64,000 bases of DNA, taken from Alphaproteobacteria bacterium (GTDB taxonomy: Bacteria > Pseudomonadota > Alphaproteobacteria > CAAHEQ01 > UBA3637). This document shows, one piece after another, positions 17,297 through 27,002 of this stretch. The stretch covers positions 55,571-119,570 of the forward strand of contig JAZRDB010000014.1 in assembly GCA_045660045.1 (NCBI GenBank), read 5' to 3'. A program made the translations under genes and the position numbers. Positions within the stretch are counted from its first letter, which is position 1, and each line of letters opens with the position of its first letter. The notes beneath the pieces are model-generated. The model worked only from the letters and a program-made list of their open reading frames with translations. It was not told the DNA's origin and ran no database searches.

Positions 17297-17339
17297 TGTG
17301 TTTGATAGGGATTATTCTAACCCAAAAAAGGAGAGACAA

Positions 17340-17924
17340 ATGAAAAAGGCATTAGTTATTTTCGGGGCTTTGGCATTATCGGCCTGTACTATGGGCTACG
17401 AAACGAATATAGATAAAGCGACAGCCAAACGCGAAGCCAATATTGACGCACGTCATCAAGTCAGTGGATGCACCTTTGTGCGTGATCATGACGCTTATAA
17501 AACCTGCTTGATGAACACCTACAACATGAATTCACCGGCAACGTATACAACACAAAATATGCAAGATGGTCGTCCAGTTGCCGTTATCAGCCAGGGCGCC
17601 AAATCGGGCACAAGTGCTTGTGGCTTGAAACCAATTCCAGCGCCAGCTGAATATGAATGGGCCGCTCCGACAACTATTTCACAAACAAATTCTGTGGAAA
17701 CCGTATGCCAAAAGAAATTTGAACCACAACAAACCGTGATTCAAACTGTTGAGGAGACTATTCCTCCGCCAACACCCGAGGTTATTTTTGTACAACCAGA
17801 ACCGGCTCCAGTTGCTCCAGCACCACAACCAGTCCAACAAGTATGGGTAGCCCCTCAACCTGTTGAACCTGTTTGTCCTTGTGCGGATCCCAATGATCCA
17901 TGTCCACAATGCTATGATAAATAA
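17340..17924 (+). CDS. Pro/Gln-rich lipoprotein with C-terminal CPCxDPNDPCxxCYxK motif (paralog 1)
   Basis: ATG 17340 follows an AGGAGAG SD. Lipobox MKKALVIFGALALSAC. Pro-rich segment PPPTPEVIFVQPEPAPVAPAPQPVQQ. The protein ends CPCADPNDPCPQCYDK. Confidence 0.7.
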   Translation: MKKALVIFGALALSACTMGYETNIDKATAKREANIDARHQVSGCTFVRDHDAYKTCLMNTYNMNSPATYTTQNMQDGRPVAVISQGAKSGTSACGLKPIPAPAEYEWAAPTTISQTNSVETVCQKKFEPQQTVIQTVEETIPPPTPEVIFVQPEPAPVAPAPQPVQQVWVAPQPVEPVCPCADPNDPCPQCYDK

Positions 17925-17946
17925 CTTTTAACGAAAGGAAAAAAAC

Positions 17947-18261
17947 ATGAAGAAAGTATTATCCGTTTTAGCTTTAGGTTTATTAGCTGCTGCTTGCGTA
18001 CCACATGACCCAGATGTGGATGACAGCTTTATTCAAACAGATACATATTGGGAACCAGTGAAAGCAGAAGCGCCAGCTCCAAAGCCCGTCTATGTACAAC
18101 CCGCTCCACAACAAGTTCAGGTTCAACCTGTTGTTGTTCAGGCTCAACCACAGCCAACATGGTGGCAACAAAACAAACAAAAGCATGTTGTCAAGGTTGT
18201 AACACCAACATGTCCATGTAAAGATCCAAACGATCCTTGCACACATTGTTATCAAAAATAA
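17947..18261 (+). CDS. Pro/Gln-rich lipoprotein with C-terminal CPCxDPNDPCxxCYxK motif (paralog 2)
   Basis: Lipobox MKKVLSVLALGLLAAAC. Segment APAPKPVYVQPAPQQVQVQPVVVQAQPQP. The protein ends CPCKDPNDPCTHCYQK. Confidence 0.7.
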   Translation: MKKVLSVLALGLLAAACVPHDPDVDDSFIQTDTYWEPVKAEAPAPKPVYVQPAPQQVQVQPVVVQAQPQPTWWQQNKQKHVVKVVTPTCPCKDPNDPCTHCYQK

Positions 18262-18270
18262 GGAGAATAA

Positions 18271-18765
18271 ATGATGAAGAAACTGCTTGTTTTAACAGCT
18301 TCCACATTGTTATTGGCTGCCTGTTCCAGCACACAAGATGGCGCTGAATTGTATGGCGACGTCAATGGGGGATGGCAAGATAACGTTGATGTAACAAATT
18401 TGACAGCGACTGCTTTAACAAAGAAACTGCAAAAAACAGGTGCTGATGTTGTGTATTTCAGTTTCAATGACTCTGGCTTAGATGCCGAAGCAAAGGCAAC
18501 ATTACGTACACAAGCCGAATGGTTAAAAGAAAATCCAAAAGCTTTGATTGTAATCGAAGGCCGTTGCGACGAACGTGGTACACGCGAATACAATTTGGCT
18601 TTGGGGGATCAACGTGCCAATTCTGCGCGCAGTTATTTGATTGCTCAGGGCATTGCAGCTGATCGCATTCGGACCATCTCCTATGGCAAGGATAAGCCCG
18701 TTGTTTTAGGCTCAGATGAAGAAGCTTGGGCTAAAAACAGAAATGCAACAACAGTTGCTTATTAA
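18271..18765 (+). CDS. pal: peptidoglycan-associated lipoprotein Pal
   Basis: Lipobox LLLAAC. OmpA-like domain VYFSFNDSGLDAEAKATLRTQAEWLKENP...IEGRCDERGTREYNLALGDQRANSARSYL. Confidence 0.9.
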   Translation: MMKKLLVLTASTLLLAACSSTQDGAELYGDVNGGWQDNVDVTNLTATALTKKLQKTGADVVYFSFNDSGLDAEAKATLRTQAEWLKENPKALIVIEGRCDERGTREYNLALGDQRANSARSYLIAQGIAADRIRTISYGKDKPVVLGSDEEAWAKNRNATTVAY

Positions 18766-18785
18766 AAAATACTTGTAAAGTTTTT

Positions 18786-18820
18786 ACCTTCCTTGTATAA
18801 TGCAAGGAAGGTTTTTATTT
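18786..18820 (+). terminator. rho-independent terminator/attenuator between pal and cpoB
   Basis: 10-bp stem ACCTTCCTTG (18786-18795) / CAAGGAAGGT (18803-18812) with a 7-nt loop, followed by TTTTTATTT. Confidence 0.7.
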
Positions 18821-18833
18821 GAAAGGGAGAAAT

Positions 18834-19562
18834 ATGAAAAAATATTTGCTTTTATCTATAGCTCTTTTTATAACACCATTGATGGCTCAAGATTTAATTG
18901 TTGAAGAAATCCCGTTGGAAGCCCCTGCTTCCACAGAAAAAATCGCTACACCAATCGATACAAAAATGGCTCCTATTTCTCATGGCGATGGGACATTAGA
19001 TGACCTATACACTTTGGTGGAAGAACATAAAAAAGCCGTGCGTGATTTAACTGAACGTTTAGAGCAAACTGAATTTAAATTGAAACAAACAGAAGAAAAA
19101 TTGGAACGCACCACACAAGATTTGGCTTTTCGTGTGGCAGAATTGGAACAAAAGCCTGCCATCATTATTGATAAAACATCCGATAAAGACCGTTATGAAT
19201 ATGCATATGGCCTTTTACAAAAAAATGATTATAAAAGCGCCGAAGAACAATTTTTAAGTTTCATTAAGGATTTTGAAAAATCTGATTTAAAACCAAATGC
19301 TATTTATTGGTTGGGTGAAACGTACTATGTGCAACAGCAATTTGAGAAAGCTGTTGGCCAATTTGCTGACGTTTTCACAAATTATCCCAAATCCAACAAA
19401 GCCGCAGACGCCCTATTAAAAATGGGACTTTCAATGGTTTCTTTGAAAAAAATTCCAGAAGCTTGCACTGCCTTTATTGCTTTACCAAACGAATTTCCCA
19501 AAGCTGATGAAAAATTGAAACAACGCGCCAAAGAAGAGGCACAAAAGAACAAATGTTCGTAA
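18834..19562 (+). CDS. cpoB: cell division coordinator CpoB (YbgF), TPR protein
   Basis: ATG 18834 follows a GGGAGA SD. Signal peptide, coiled-coil region, then a TPR region ...AIYWLGETYYVQQQFEKAVGQFADVFTNYPKSNKAADALLKMG. Sits at the canonical position after pal. Confidence 0.8.
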   Translation: MKKYLLLSIALFITPLMAQDLIVEEIPLEAPASTEKIATPIDTKMAPISHGDGTLDDLYTLVEEHKKAVRDLTERLEQTEFKLKQTEEKLERTTQDLAFRVAELEQKPAIIIDKTSDKDRYEYAYGLLQKNDYKSAEEQFLSFIKDFEKSDLKPNAIYWLGETYYVQQQFEKAVGQFADVFTNYPKSNKAADALLKMGLSMVSLKKIPEACTAFIALPNEFPKADEKLKQRAKEEAQKNKCS

Positions 19563-20785
19563 TTCCACATAATATTCTTACTTTTTTAAATCAACTTCCT
19601 CTTTCAAAAGGCCCCATTATTGTGGGTGTTTCTGGCGGAGCAGACAGCCTTTATTTAACTTATTTATTAAATGTCTGGTGTAAAAAAAATAAACGAACCC
19701 TTTTTGCCGTAACGGTTAACCATGGATTAAGACCAGAAGCTGAAACAGAGGCCAATTGGGTACACAAGCAACTGAATCTAAAAAAAATTGATCATGCCAT
19801 TTTAACGTGGAACGGGCCCAAACCCAAAACGCATATTGAAGAGCGTGCCCGCAAAAAAAGGTATGAACTTTTGCTAGATTTTTGCCGCCAACATAAAGCT
19901 GCAGCCCTGTTTTTAGCCCATCATCAACAAGATCAATCTGAAACTTTTTGGACGCGTTTAGCACACAGCAGCGGGCTGGATGGCCTTGGCTGTATGGCGC
20001 AAGTTTCAAAACGCGGCGATATAATGATTATTCGCCCTCTTTTGAAAATGCCTAAGACAGAAATCGTGCAAGCTATGAGGAAAAACCACTTAAAATGGGT
20101 CGAAGACCCCATGAATCAAGATTGCACCTATGAACGCGTCGGGTGGCGTAAGAAACAATCAGAACTAGATAAAATGGGACTGAACGCCAAAGTAATTGAA
20201 AAGACAACAGATCGCCTGCAACGCGCCAAAAATGCCCTTAATTTTTACACGGAACAATTCTTGAAGATGCATCTAAAAAAATCTCCGCTTGGCTTTGTAC
20301 AAATGGACGAAAACACATTCACCAACTTGCCTGAGGAAATTCGTATCCGTGTGGTTATTCAAATTTTAAAGATGTTTAATAATTCGGATAAAATTATTCC
20401 TTTAGAAAGCGCGGAAAACATTGCCTTACAAAGGCCTAAACACGCCACATTATCGGGGTGTCAATGGGTGATCAGCCATCATCAAATTTTTGTAGCACCC
20501 GAATTAAAAAATCTTGTTAAACGCCTGATTGAAGCAAATCAATGGACTAGCTGGGGATCGGCACAGGTATGGACAAACAAAGCCTTTATGGCCGAGGCAA
20601 AAGCACCAACACCACGTCTTAAAAACATTCCCTATCTTGTTCAACGGACGTTCTTAACCGTACCCAAAGAATATAAAACCCAAGTTTACAGTGAAAAAGA
20701 ACTTGAAAAAAAAGTAAAATTGGACTATAAAAACAAGGCACCAATCGTGATTTTAAAAACAAAAAACACAAAGGAGAAAGCATGA
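19553..20785 (+). CDS. tilS: tRNA(Ile)-lysidine synthase
   Basis: PP-loop [10 protein letters not shown], followed by ...VNHGLRPEA... and ...[11 protein letters not shown].... Shows the alphaproteobacterial cpoB-tilS-ftsH order. Confidence 0.85.
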   Translation: MFVIPHNILTFLNQLPLSKGPIIVGVSGGADSLYLTYLLNVWCKKNKRTLFAVTVNHGLRPEAETEANWVHKQLNLKKIDHAILTWNGPKPKTHIEERARKKRYELLLDFCRQHKAAALFLAHHQQDQSETFWTRLAHSSGLDGLGCMAQVSKRGDIMIIRPLLKMPKTEIVQAMRKNHLKWVEDPMNQDCTYERVGWRKKQSELDKMGLNAKVIEKTTDRLQRAKNALNFYTEQFLKMHLKKSPLGFVQMDENTFTNLPEEIRIRVVIQILKMFNNSDKIIPLESAENIALQRPKHATLSGCQWVISHHQIFVAPELKNLVKRLIEANQWTSWGSAQVWTNKAFMAEAKAPTPRLKNIPYLVQRTFLTVPKEYKTQVYSEKELEKKVKLDYKNKAPIVILKTKNTKEKA

Positions 20786-22650
20786 ACAAACCAAAAGGAT
20801 TAGGCAGCAGTTTATTGATATGGGTGGCTTTATTTGCCGCCGTTTTTGCTATCTCCCAATTCACTTATTCGCCAGAAGAATTGAAAAAGACGGATGACAT
20901 TCCCTACTCTGAATTCGTTGAAAAAGTAAAAGGTGGTGACGTATATGCCGTCAAAATGCAAGGGCAAGAGGTATTTGGCACTCGCAAAGACGCCTCAAAA
21001 TTCAAGACATATGTTCCAAACAATGCCCAAATTGTTGAATTGTTAGAAAAGAACAAAGTGACCATCAGCGCCGAGCCAGAAGACACATCAGAGGGGTGGT
21101 TTAGCGCTTTGGTCGGTTGGTTGCCGATGTTGTTCTTTTTATTCTTCTGGATCATCATGATGCGCCAAATGGCCGCCAGCAATGGCAAAGCCTTGAGTTT
21201 TGGCAAATCCAAAGCACGGCTTTTGACAGGAAAAGATAGTGTTACTTTTAAAGACGTTGCCGGCATTGAAGAAGCAAAACAAGAGCTTCAAGAGATTGTG
21301 GAATTTTTAAAAGCTCCAATGAAGTTCCAACGCTTGGGCGGTAAAATCCCCAAAGGCGTGTTGTTGGTTGGCCCTCCAGGAACTGGTAAAACATTGCTTG
21401 CCAAGGCAATTGCAGGAGAAGCGGGCGTGCCATTTTACTCTATTTCCGGCTCAGATTTCGTAGAAATGTTCGTGGGCGTAGGTGCATCACGTGTTCGCGA
21501 TATGTTTGAACAAGCCAAAAAAACATGCCCTTGTATCGTGTTTATGGACGAAATTGATGCGGTTGGCCGTCATCGTGGCGCAGGCTTGGGTGGCGGTAAT
21601 GACGAACGCGAACAAACATTGAACCAATTGTTGGTGGAGATGGATGGTTTTGAAACGAATAGCGGTATCATCTTGATGGCCGCCACAAACCGTCCGGATG
21701 TGTTGGATCCCGCCCTTTTGCGCCCTGGTCGTTTTGACCGTCAAGTGGTTGTGAATAACCCTGATGTCAAGGGTCGTGAAGATATTTTAAAGGTCCATGT
21801 GCGCAAAGTACCGTTGGCACCCAATGTCCGCCTTGATATCTTGGCACGCGGCACGCCGGGCTTTTCTGGCGCAGATTTGGCTAATTTAGTGAATGAAGCC
21901 GCCTTGCTGGCCGCCCGTCGCAATAAAACGATGGTTACTATGGGCGATTTTGAAGATGCAAAAGATAAAGTTATGATGGGTACAGAACGCCGTAGCTTGA
22001 TTATGGACGAAAAGGAAAAGCGCATGACCGCCTATCATGAAGCGGGACATGCGATCGTGTCGCTGCATCTACCCGAATCAGATCCGTTGCACAAAGTGAC
22101 GATTATTCCACGCGGACGTGCTTTGGGCGTCACAATGCAATTACCCGAAAAGGATAAATATTCACAAAGCAAAACCTATTTGCAAAGCCGTTTGTCTATT
22201 TTGTTCGCCGGTCGTGTGGCGGAAGAAATGATTTTAGGCAAAGAGAAAGTATCCACAGGAGCCAGCAATGACATCCAAGTGGCCACCACTATCGCACGCC
22301 GTATGGTGACTGAATGGGGCATGAGTCCGCTGGGCCCAATTGCCTTTGAAGAACCCGAAAGTGACGTGTTCTTGGGTTACAGTATCGCCAAACGTAAAAA
22401 CATGGCCGATAATACCGCTTTACAGGTGGATAAAGCCATCAGCACGTTGGTCCAAAATGCCTATCGCCGTACGCAAAACATCTTGCGCCAATATAAAAAG
22501 GAATTAGATATCTTGGCCAAAGGATTGATTGAATATGAAACTTTGTCTGGTGACGAGGTACATGACCTTTTAAAAGGTAAAAAAATTCGCGAGGACGAAA
22601 AGAAAATATCTTTAAAGAAACCTCGTCCAACGGTCCCAGACGTGAAATAA
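20782..22650 (+). CDS. ftsH: ATP-dependent zinc metalloprotease FtsH
   Basis: Walker A GPPGTGKT, second region of homology, and zinc site HEAGHA. ATGA overlap with tilS. Confidence 0.95.
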   Translation: MNKPKGLGSSLLIWVALFAAVFAISQFTYSPEELKKTDDIPYSEFVEKVKGGDVYAVKMQGQEVFGTRKDASKFKTYVPNNAQIVELLEKNKVTISAEPEDTSEGWFSALVGWLPMLFFLFFWIIMMRQMAASNGKALSFGKSKARLLTGKDSVTFKDVAGIEEAKQELQEIVEFLKAPMKFQRLGGKIPKGVLLVGPPGTGKTLLAKAIAGEAGVPFYSISGSDFVEMFVGVGASRVRDMFEQAKKTCPCIVFMDEIDAVGRHRGAGLGGGNDEREQTLNQLLVEMDGFETNSGIILMAATNRPDVLDPALLRPGRFDRQVVVNNPDVKGREDILKVHVRKVPLAPNVRLDILARGTPGFSGADLANLVNEAALLAARRNKTMVTMGDFEDAKDKVMMGTERRSLIMDEKEKRMTAYHEAGHAIVSLHLPESDPLHKVTIIPRGRALGVTMQLPEKDKYSQSKTYLQSRLSILFAGRVAEEMILGKEKVSTGASNDIQVATTIARRMVTEWGMSPLGPIAFEEPESDVFLGYSIAKRKNMADNTALQVDKAISTLVQNAYRRTQNILRQYKKELDILAKGLIEYETLSGDEVHDLLKGKKIREDEKKISLKKPRPTVPDVK

Positions 22651-22663
22651 CATCAAAAGCAAA

Positions 22664-22690
22664 ACCCCGACATCACGCCGGGGTTTTTAT
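22664..22690. terminator. bidirectional terminator (ftsH / convergent pilin-like operon)
   Basis: ACCCCG (22664-22669) / CGGGGT (22679-22684) hairpin. TTTTTATT on the plus side and AAAAGCAAAA on the other side. Confidence 0.7.
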
Positions 22691-22704
22691 TGCACGAACG
22701 CCTA

Positions 22705-24477
22705 TTATGGTGATGGAGCAGTACATGCCCCCCCAGCACTCCAGCTGCACCCCATATTAACACACACACTTTCCACCTTAATTCGTTCACATGCAACACC
22801 CATCGTGCGTGTCTTTGTTGGGCTGTTGTCCGTTCCATCGGGTGTACCATCACTGTTCCAGTCAATATTATTCGGATCAAACACACAATAGGTTTGAAGA
22901 ATAACACGTACATATTCATTTGTTGTCGGCGTGCTGAGGTTACCGCTTACATCACGATATCCCATTTTGATTGCAAAATCCTTTCTATTACTCGTTGTCT
23001 CTATCCCTTGAGACATATCAGAGCTTGTTGTACTATCCGACAATTCCACCCATAAACGATGCGACCCATACGATGGAACTGTAACATTATGCGAATGGCC
23101 ACTTTCTGAAGTGGTAGATATAGTAGTAGTACTAGAACTATGAACAAAATTGACACCAAACTGTGTTGGGATCACTGCCACAGCTGCTTTATATCCAGTT
23201 GGACAAGTGACAGAAGCACTCAACGTGCATTCACTTCCCAAACCAGGCCCTGGTCCGAGATCACAACTATACACCTGTTGTCCCTTTAAAATATAATTCG
23301 GTAAGATGTCCGACAAGCTGGCGCCACCGCGGCTCATCAACTTGATATCGTTCATGACCGATGTATATTTCGGGTCCAACACATAATTAACTTTATTGGG
23401 GCTGCCGACACTTCCAGGATTTTGAGGATCTTCTACTTCATCTTTTTCAAACACAATCATCCCATCTTTATCAAAACGCATGGCAGATTTTCCCGCATCA
23501 GCACCATCCCATTCACGTCCAACGGTTAAATCATTCAACACATGCACCGCCCCCGTGGCTTTGTGTGACGCGCCAGTTCCCGTATCCGCTTCCACGAAAA
23601 ACGCCGGGAAGCAATAATTGTTTCCCGCCGCATGAATCGTATCATTTCGTAATGTTGCAAATCCATCCGCATCCACACTGGTCGTTCTTGGCGAGGTGAT
23701 TTGATAACAATCGCTTGTGGCACCGGCTGTAAACACGCCATAAGCTGTTGAATCCTGCATAGCCACATTCCAATGCTCTGGCAACCCTAATTTCAAATCT
23801 GGAATATCAATTTCGGGTTGGAACACATCCGTTCCCGTAATCGCCACATACGTTGGTCTAGACTCATCTTCAATCAAACCATCGACAGGCAAATTCCATG
23901 TGCCAACTGCACCAGCAATAAGATCTTCCGTAATTAACGGATCATACGCACCACCATCGACACCAATCAACATCGCAACACGCGCTGCACGCCGAAAATT
24001 CCATGATTCATCCGAGGGCAAAGTAACCTCTGGATTAGGAATAACAACCCCATAATATGTCAAGATACCGGGCTCTCTGTTTCCACGACGATATCCCACT
24101 AATTTCAAGATATAATTGTCCTTCAAAATGGCACCTCTATCTATCGCACCACCTTCTTCATCTGAAAAATAACCTTCTGGCAAAAAGTCTTTAATTGCAT
24201 CAATCTCGGCATCGGTCACATCACATATATTGGTGGCATCCAAAGCTGGATCAACAGGGCAAGTGACGCCCAAACGGGTAGATTCTGCTTGAATCCAAGC
24301 CGCAAAGGCATCTTTCACAACACGAATTTCTGAGGCCATTTGAATATTGTGCAATTCTTGGTTACGAACATACATTTGGCGGAACAACATGGCCCCCATC
24401 AACCCCATAAGGCTGAGCACAGCCACCACTTCCAGCATAATTGCACCAGATTCAGATATTAAAGTTTTTCTTTTCAT
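22705..24477 (-). CDS. large (590 aa) protein with a prepilin-type (class III) N-terminus; remainder unrecognised
   Basis: GAGGAGG SD. The N-terminus is MKRKTLISESG|AIMLEVVAVLSLMGLMGAMLF: a basic leader, Gly (24445-24447), Glu at +5 (24430-24432), then a ~20-residue hydrophobic helix. Also has an Asp-rich loop DWNSDGTPDGTDNS and a Cys-rich C-terminus. Confidence 0.6.
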   Translation of the reverse strand: MKRKTLISESGAIMLEVVAVLSLMGLMGAMLFRQMYVRNQELHNIQMASEIRVVKDAFAAWIQAESTRLGVTCPVDPALDATNICDVTDAEIDAIKDFLPEGYFSDEEGGAIDRGAILKDNYILKLVGYRRGNREPGILTYYGVVIPNPEVTLPSDESWNFRRAARVAMLIGVDGGAYDPLITEDLIAGAVGTWNLPVDGLIEDESRPTYVAITGTDVFQPEIDIPDLKLGLPEHWNVAMQDSTAYGVFTAGATSDCYQITSPRTTSVDADGFATLRNDTIHAAGNNYCFPAFFVEADTGTGASHKATGAVHVLNDLTVGREWDGADAGKSAMRFDKDGMIVFEKDEVEDPQNPGSVGSPNKVNYVLDPKYTSVMNDIKLMSRGGASLSDILPNYILKGQQVYSCDLGPGPGLGSECTLSASVTCPTGYKAAVAVIPTQFGVNFVHSSSTTTISTTSESGHSHNVTVPSYGSHRLWVELSDSTTSSDMSQGIETTSNRKDFAIKMGYRDVSGNLSTPTTNEYVRVILQTYCVFDPNNIDWNSDGTPDGTDNSPTKTRTMGVACERIKVESVCVNMGCSWSAGGACTAPSP

Positions 24478-24498
24478 ATTACCTCCTCGCTATTCGAC

Positions 24499-26199
24499 CT
24501 ATTTCCATACTTTTTGAATACCATATCGCATACTGTCAACTTTAAAATTCTTCACGATTTCTTTTTCTGATAACGCCTTATTATAATAACGAACGTTGCC
24601 AATACCAACCTGATTACGTCCTAAAACAACCTTAATATTGTTTGCAATAGCATCGATTCCATCTTTATCTTCAACCACCTTTGTTCCGTCTAAATATAAA
24701 GACATTTTGCCACTTTTACGCACAATTGTCCAAGAATGCGGCACCCCCATCACATCAATTGCGTTTCCATCGTCGTTCTCAATGGTATAGCCTTTAAAAT
24801 TAACACCTTCAATCTCCCCAGGATAAAACACAACTTGATGATCATTATAATACAATCCATAGGCTCCTTCAAGCGTAACAGTACCAGAAACATCATTTGA
24901 TGATCCAATAATCCAACCATTAACAGGAGACGAATTACCAAAATGCGTAATCACAATTAAGGTAAAATCACTTGTACCATGATTAAACGGCATTTGAATA
25001 CCTTCTTCTACATCTGGATCAGCAGCATATACCGAACTGTAACGACCATTATATCCCCAAGTCACACCCGCAATTTCTGTTCCCATTGGTTTGGTGGCAT
25101 ACCATGTCTGTCCCGATCCTGTGCTGCGTTTTTTTGCTCCCACAACTTTATTATCAATACCATCAAAATGAAACGTTGGCTCAGAAATGGCGTCATACGG
25201 ATCTTTTATCTCGTTCATACAAAAGAAAACGCCCGATAAGCTTTTACCTTTTCTACCGCCACCACCAGAGCATTCCACCGATACAACCTTTTCCAAAAAG
25301 GATTCCATTCCCTGGGGCAATAAACGCATACAACGGCTTCCGTTATGTATGCAATAACGCGACTCATCCGATGCACCACTACTCATACTGCCAGACATTC
25401 CCTCTATACGACCACCAGATTTCTTTTTATAATACCCATCTGTTGTGGTACAAACATCTGCCGCTTGAGAAATAATCCCACAATTATAGGCTGCATGCGT
25501 TCTGTTAGCCATTGCACGACGCCACAATTCATACCGAAGTGCCTTGGGTTGCCTAGCTTTATCCCACCAATCTGGATCATCCTTATTATCCGAATACGTT
25601 ACCACATACGGGCGCACATCATTGGCAAATTTGACCCCAACTTGTGTTTGACCTGAAGAACAAAGCGTTCCAACAGTAGGGAAAACAATACTTGCACCAT
25701 CCTTACATACATACTGATAGCACGGAACCAAGTTATTAGTCGCATTCAAACACACCAACGCGGACAAATAACTTCCCTGACTATACCCATCTTTAAACGC
25801 CAAATAGCTCATAGAATCCTGTGCTGGATCAAGGCTAACGCCCGACCTCAATGTCCAACGTTCAATAGAAAAATTGGAATCAAATGAGGATGAAATGGGT
25901 GTTTGCAACGATATAAAATCTTCCATTTCCGCCGGGATCGACCAAGCACTAGCAGCTGATTCAGCAGAGCTACTGATTGTACTATCCTTTAGGTTTTCTA
26001 TATAAGAGTTATTGAAATAAATTCGACCCAACCATTGATTTAAATAATCACGAGCGGCTTGATGTTGATTAATAAAACCAACGATATAACCTTCTGCAGA
26101 CCTTGTATCCACATCCCGACGCAATTGCACTGGCGCTGGATCCATCATATAGATCAACAGACTGGCTAACAATGTCAAAAACGAGACCAAATAAAACAT
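24499..26199 (-). CDS. membrane-anchored protein (566 aa) with a C-terminal LamG/concanavalin-like domain
   Basis: GGGAG SD. N-terminal hydrophobic anchor MFYLVSFLTLLASLLIYMM. The last ~165 aa (about 24520-25017) follow the LamG pattern ...HSWTIVRKSGKMSLYLDGTKVV...VVLGRNQ..IGNVRYYNKALSEKEI. Confidence 0.6.
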   Translation of the reverse strand: MFYLVSFLTLLASLLIYMMDPAPVQLRRDVDTRSAEGYIVGFINQHQAARDYLNQWLGRIYFNNSYIENLKDSTISSSAESAASAWSIPAEMEDFISLQTPISSSFDSNFSIERWTLRSGVSLDPAQDSMSYLAFKDGYSQGSYLSALVCLNATNNLVPCYQYVCKDGASIVFPTVGTLCSSGQTQVGVKFANDVRPYVVTYSDNKDDPDWWDKARQPKALRYELWRRAMANRTHAAYNCGIISQAADVCTTTDGYYKKKSGGRIEGMSGSMSSGASDESRYCIHNGSRCMRLLPQGMESFLEKVVSVECSGGGGRKGKSLSGVFFCMNEIKDPYDAISEPTFHFDGIDNKVVGAKKRSTGSGQTWYATKPMGTEIAGVTWGYNGRYSSVYAADPDVEEGIQMPFNHGTSDFTLIVITHFGNSSPVNGWIIGSSNDVSGTVTLEGAYGLYYNDHQVVFYPGEIEGVNFKGYTIENDDGNAIDVMGVPHSWTIVRKSGKMSLYLDGTKVVEDKDGIDAIANNIKVVLGRNQVGIGNVRYYNKALSEKEIVKNFKVDSMRYGIQKVWK

Positions 26200-26218
26200 T
26201 TACACTCCCTTTGTTCCC

Positions 26219-26247
26219 ATTGTAAAGAGATTTAAAATTTTTCGCAA
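26219..26247 (-). promoter_or_regulatory. sigma70-type promoter TTGCGA-17-TACAAT for the LamG/pilin-like operon
   Basis: On the minus strand: TTGCGA (26247-26242), 17-nt spacer, TACAAT (26224-26219). The predicted +1 is ~13 nt upstream of ATG 26199. Confidence 0.6.
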
Positions 26248-26258
26248 GCGTTTTTTTA

Positions 26259-27002
26259 TTATTTTTTCTGACTTAGAGCAGCCAAAACATTATACAGCGT
26301 TTTCAATTCTGCATTTGTCAATCTATCACGTTCAAAAATGTTATGTAAATTTCGTTGCATTCGCTCTTGTTTTTCTGGCATTGCATAATAGCCTGCCCCC
26401 ATCAAAGATTCATCCAATCGTTTTAAAAACACGGACAATTCCTTTTTTGTAGCAGGCTTACCTGCTCCCATGGCAAGCTTTTCTTTATCTTGAAAATGTC
26501 GTGTCCACCAATGATATCCCATAATCAAAACTGCCTGTGACAAATTCAACGAACTATGAGCAGGATTTAATGGAATTTGAACCAACGCATCAGACAATGC
26601 TAAATCTAAATTTTCCAAACCCGTCCTTTCGGGTCCAAAGATCCAAGCGACTTTTTCCTTCTGTTTTAAAGCGCTTTCTGTCTTTTGACTTGCCACAACA
26701 GGCCCCATAAACGGCTTCGTCATATCACGGTCACGTGCTGTTGTTGCAAACACCATGTGAATATCCATCAAAGCTTCTTCCAACGAATTAAAAACTGTCG
26801 CATTTTCCAAAACGGTCGCGGCTCCAGACGATGCAGAAATCGCCTTTTGACCTCTCCAATCTTGTCGCGGATTAACCAAACGAAGTTGTGATAAACCACA
26901 ATTCATCATGGCACGCGCAACCATTCCCATATTTTCCGCCAATTGCGACCGAACCAACACAATAATTGGACCCCCTTGATTTACCAAAGGAACCTTTTTC
27001 AT
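26259..27002 (-). CDS. trmJ: tRNA (cytidine/uridine-2'-O)-methyltransferase TrmJ (SpoU class)
   Basis: IIVLVRSQLAENMGMVARAMMNCGL..LRLVNPR aligns with the E. coli TrmJ N-terminus. SPOUT motifs FGPERTGL and SLNLSQAV. Confidence 0.8.
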   Translation of the reverse strand: MKKVPLVNQGGPIIVLVRSQLAENMGMVARAMMNCGLSQLRLVNPRQDWRGQKAISASSGAATVLENATVFNSLEEALMDIHMVFATTARDRDMTKPFMGPVVASQKTESALKQKEKVAWIFGPERTGLENLDLALSDALVQIPLNPAHSSLNLSQAVLIMGYHWWTRHFQDKEKLAMGAGKPATKKELSVFLKRLDESLMGAGYYAMPEKQERMQRNLHNIFERDRLTNAELKTLYNVLAALSQKK

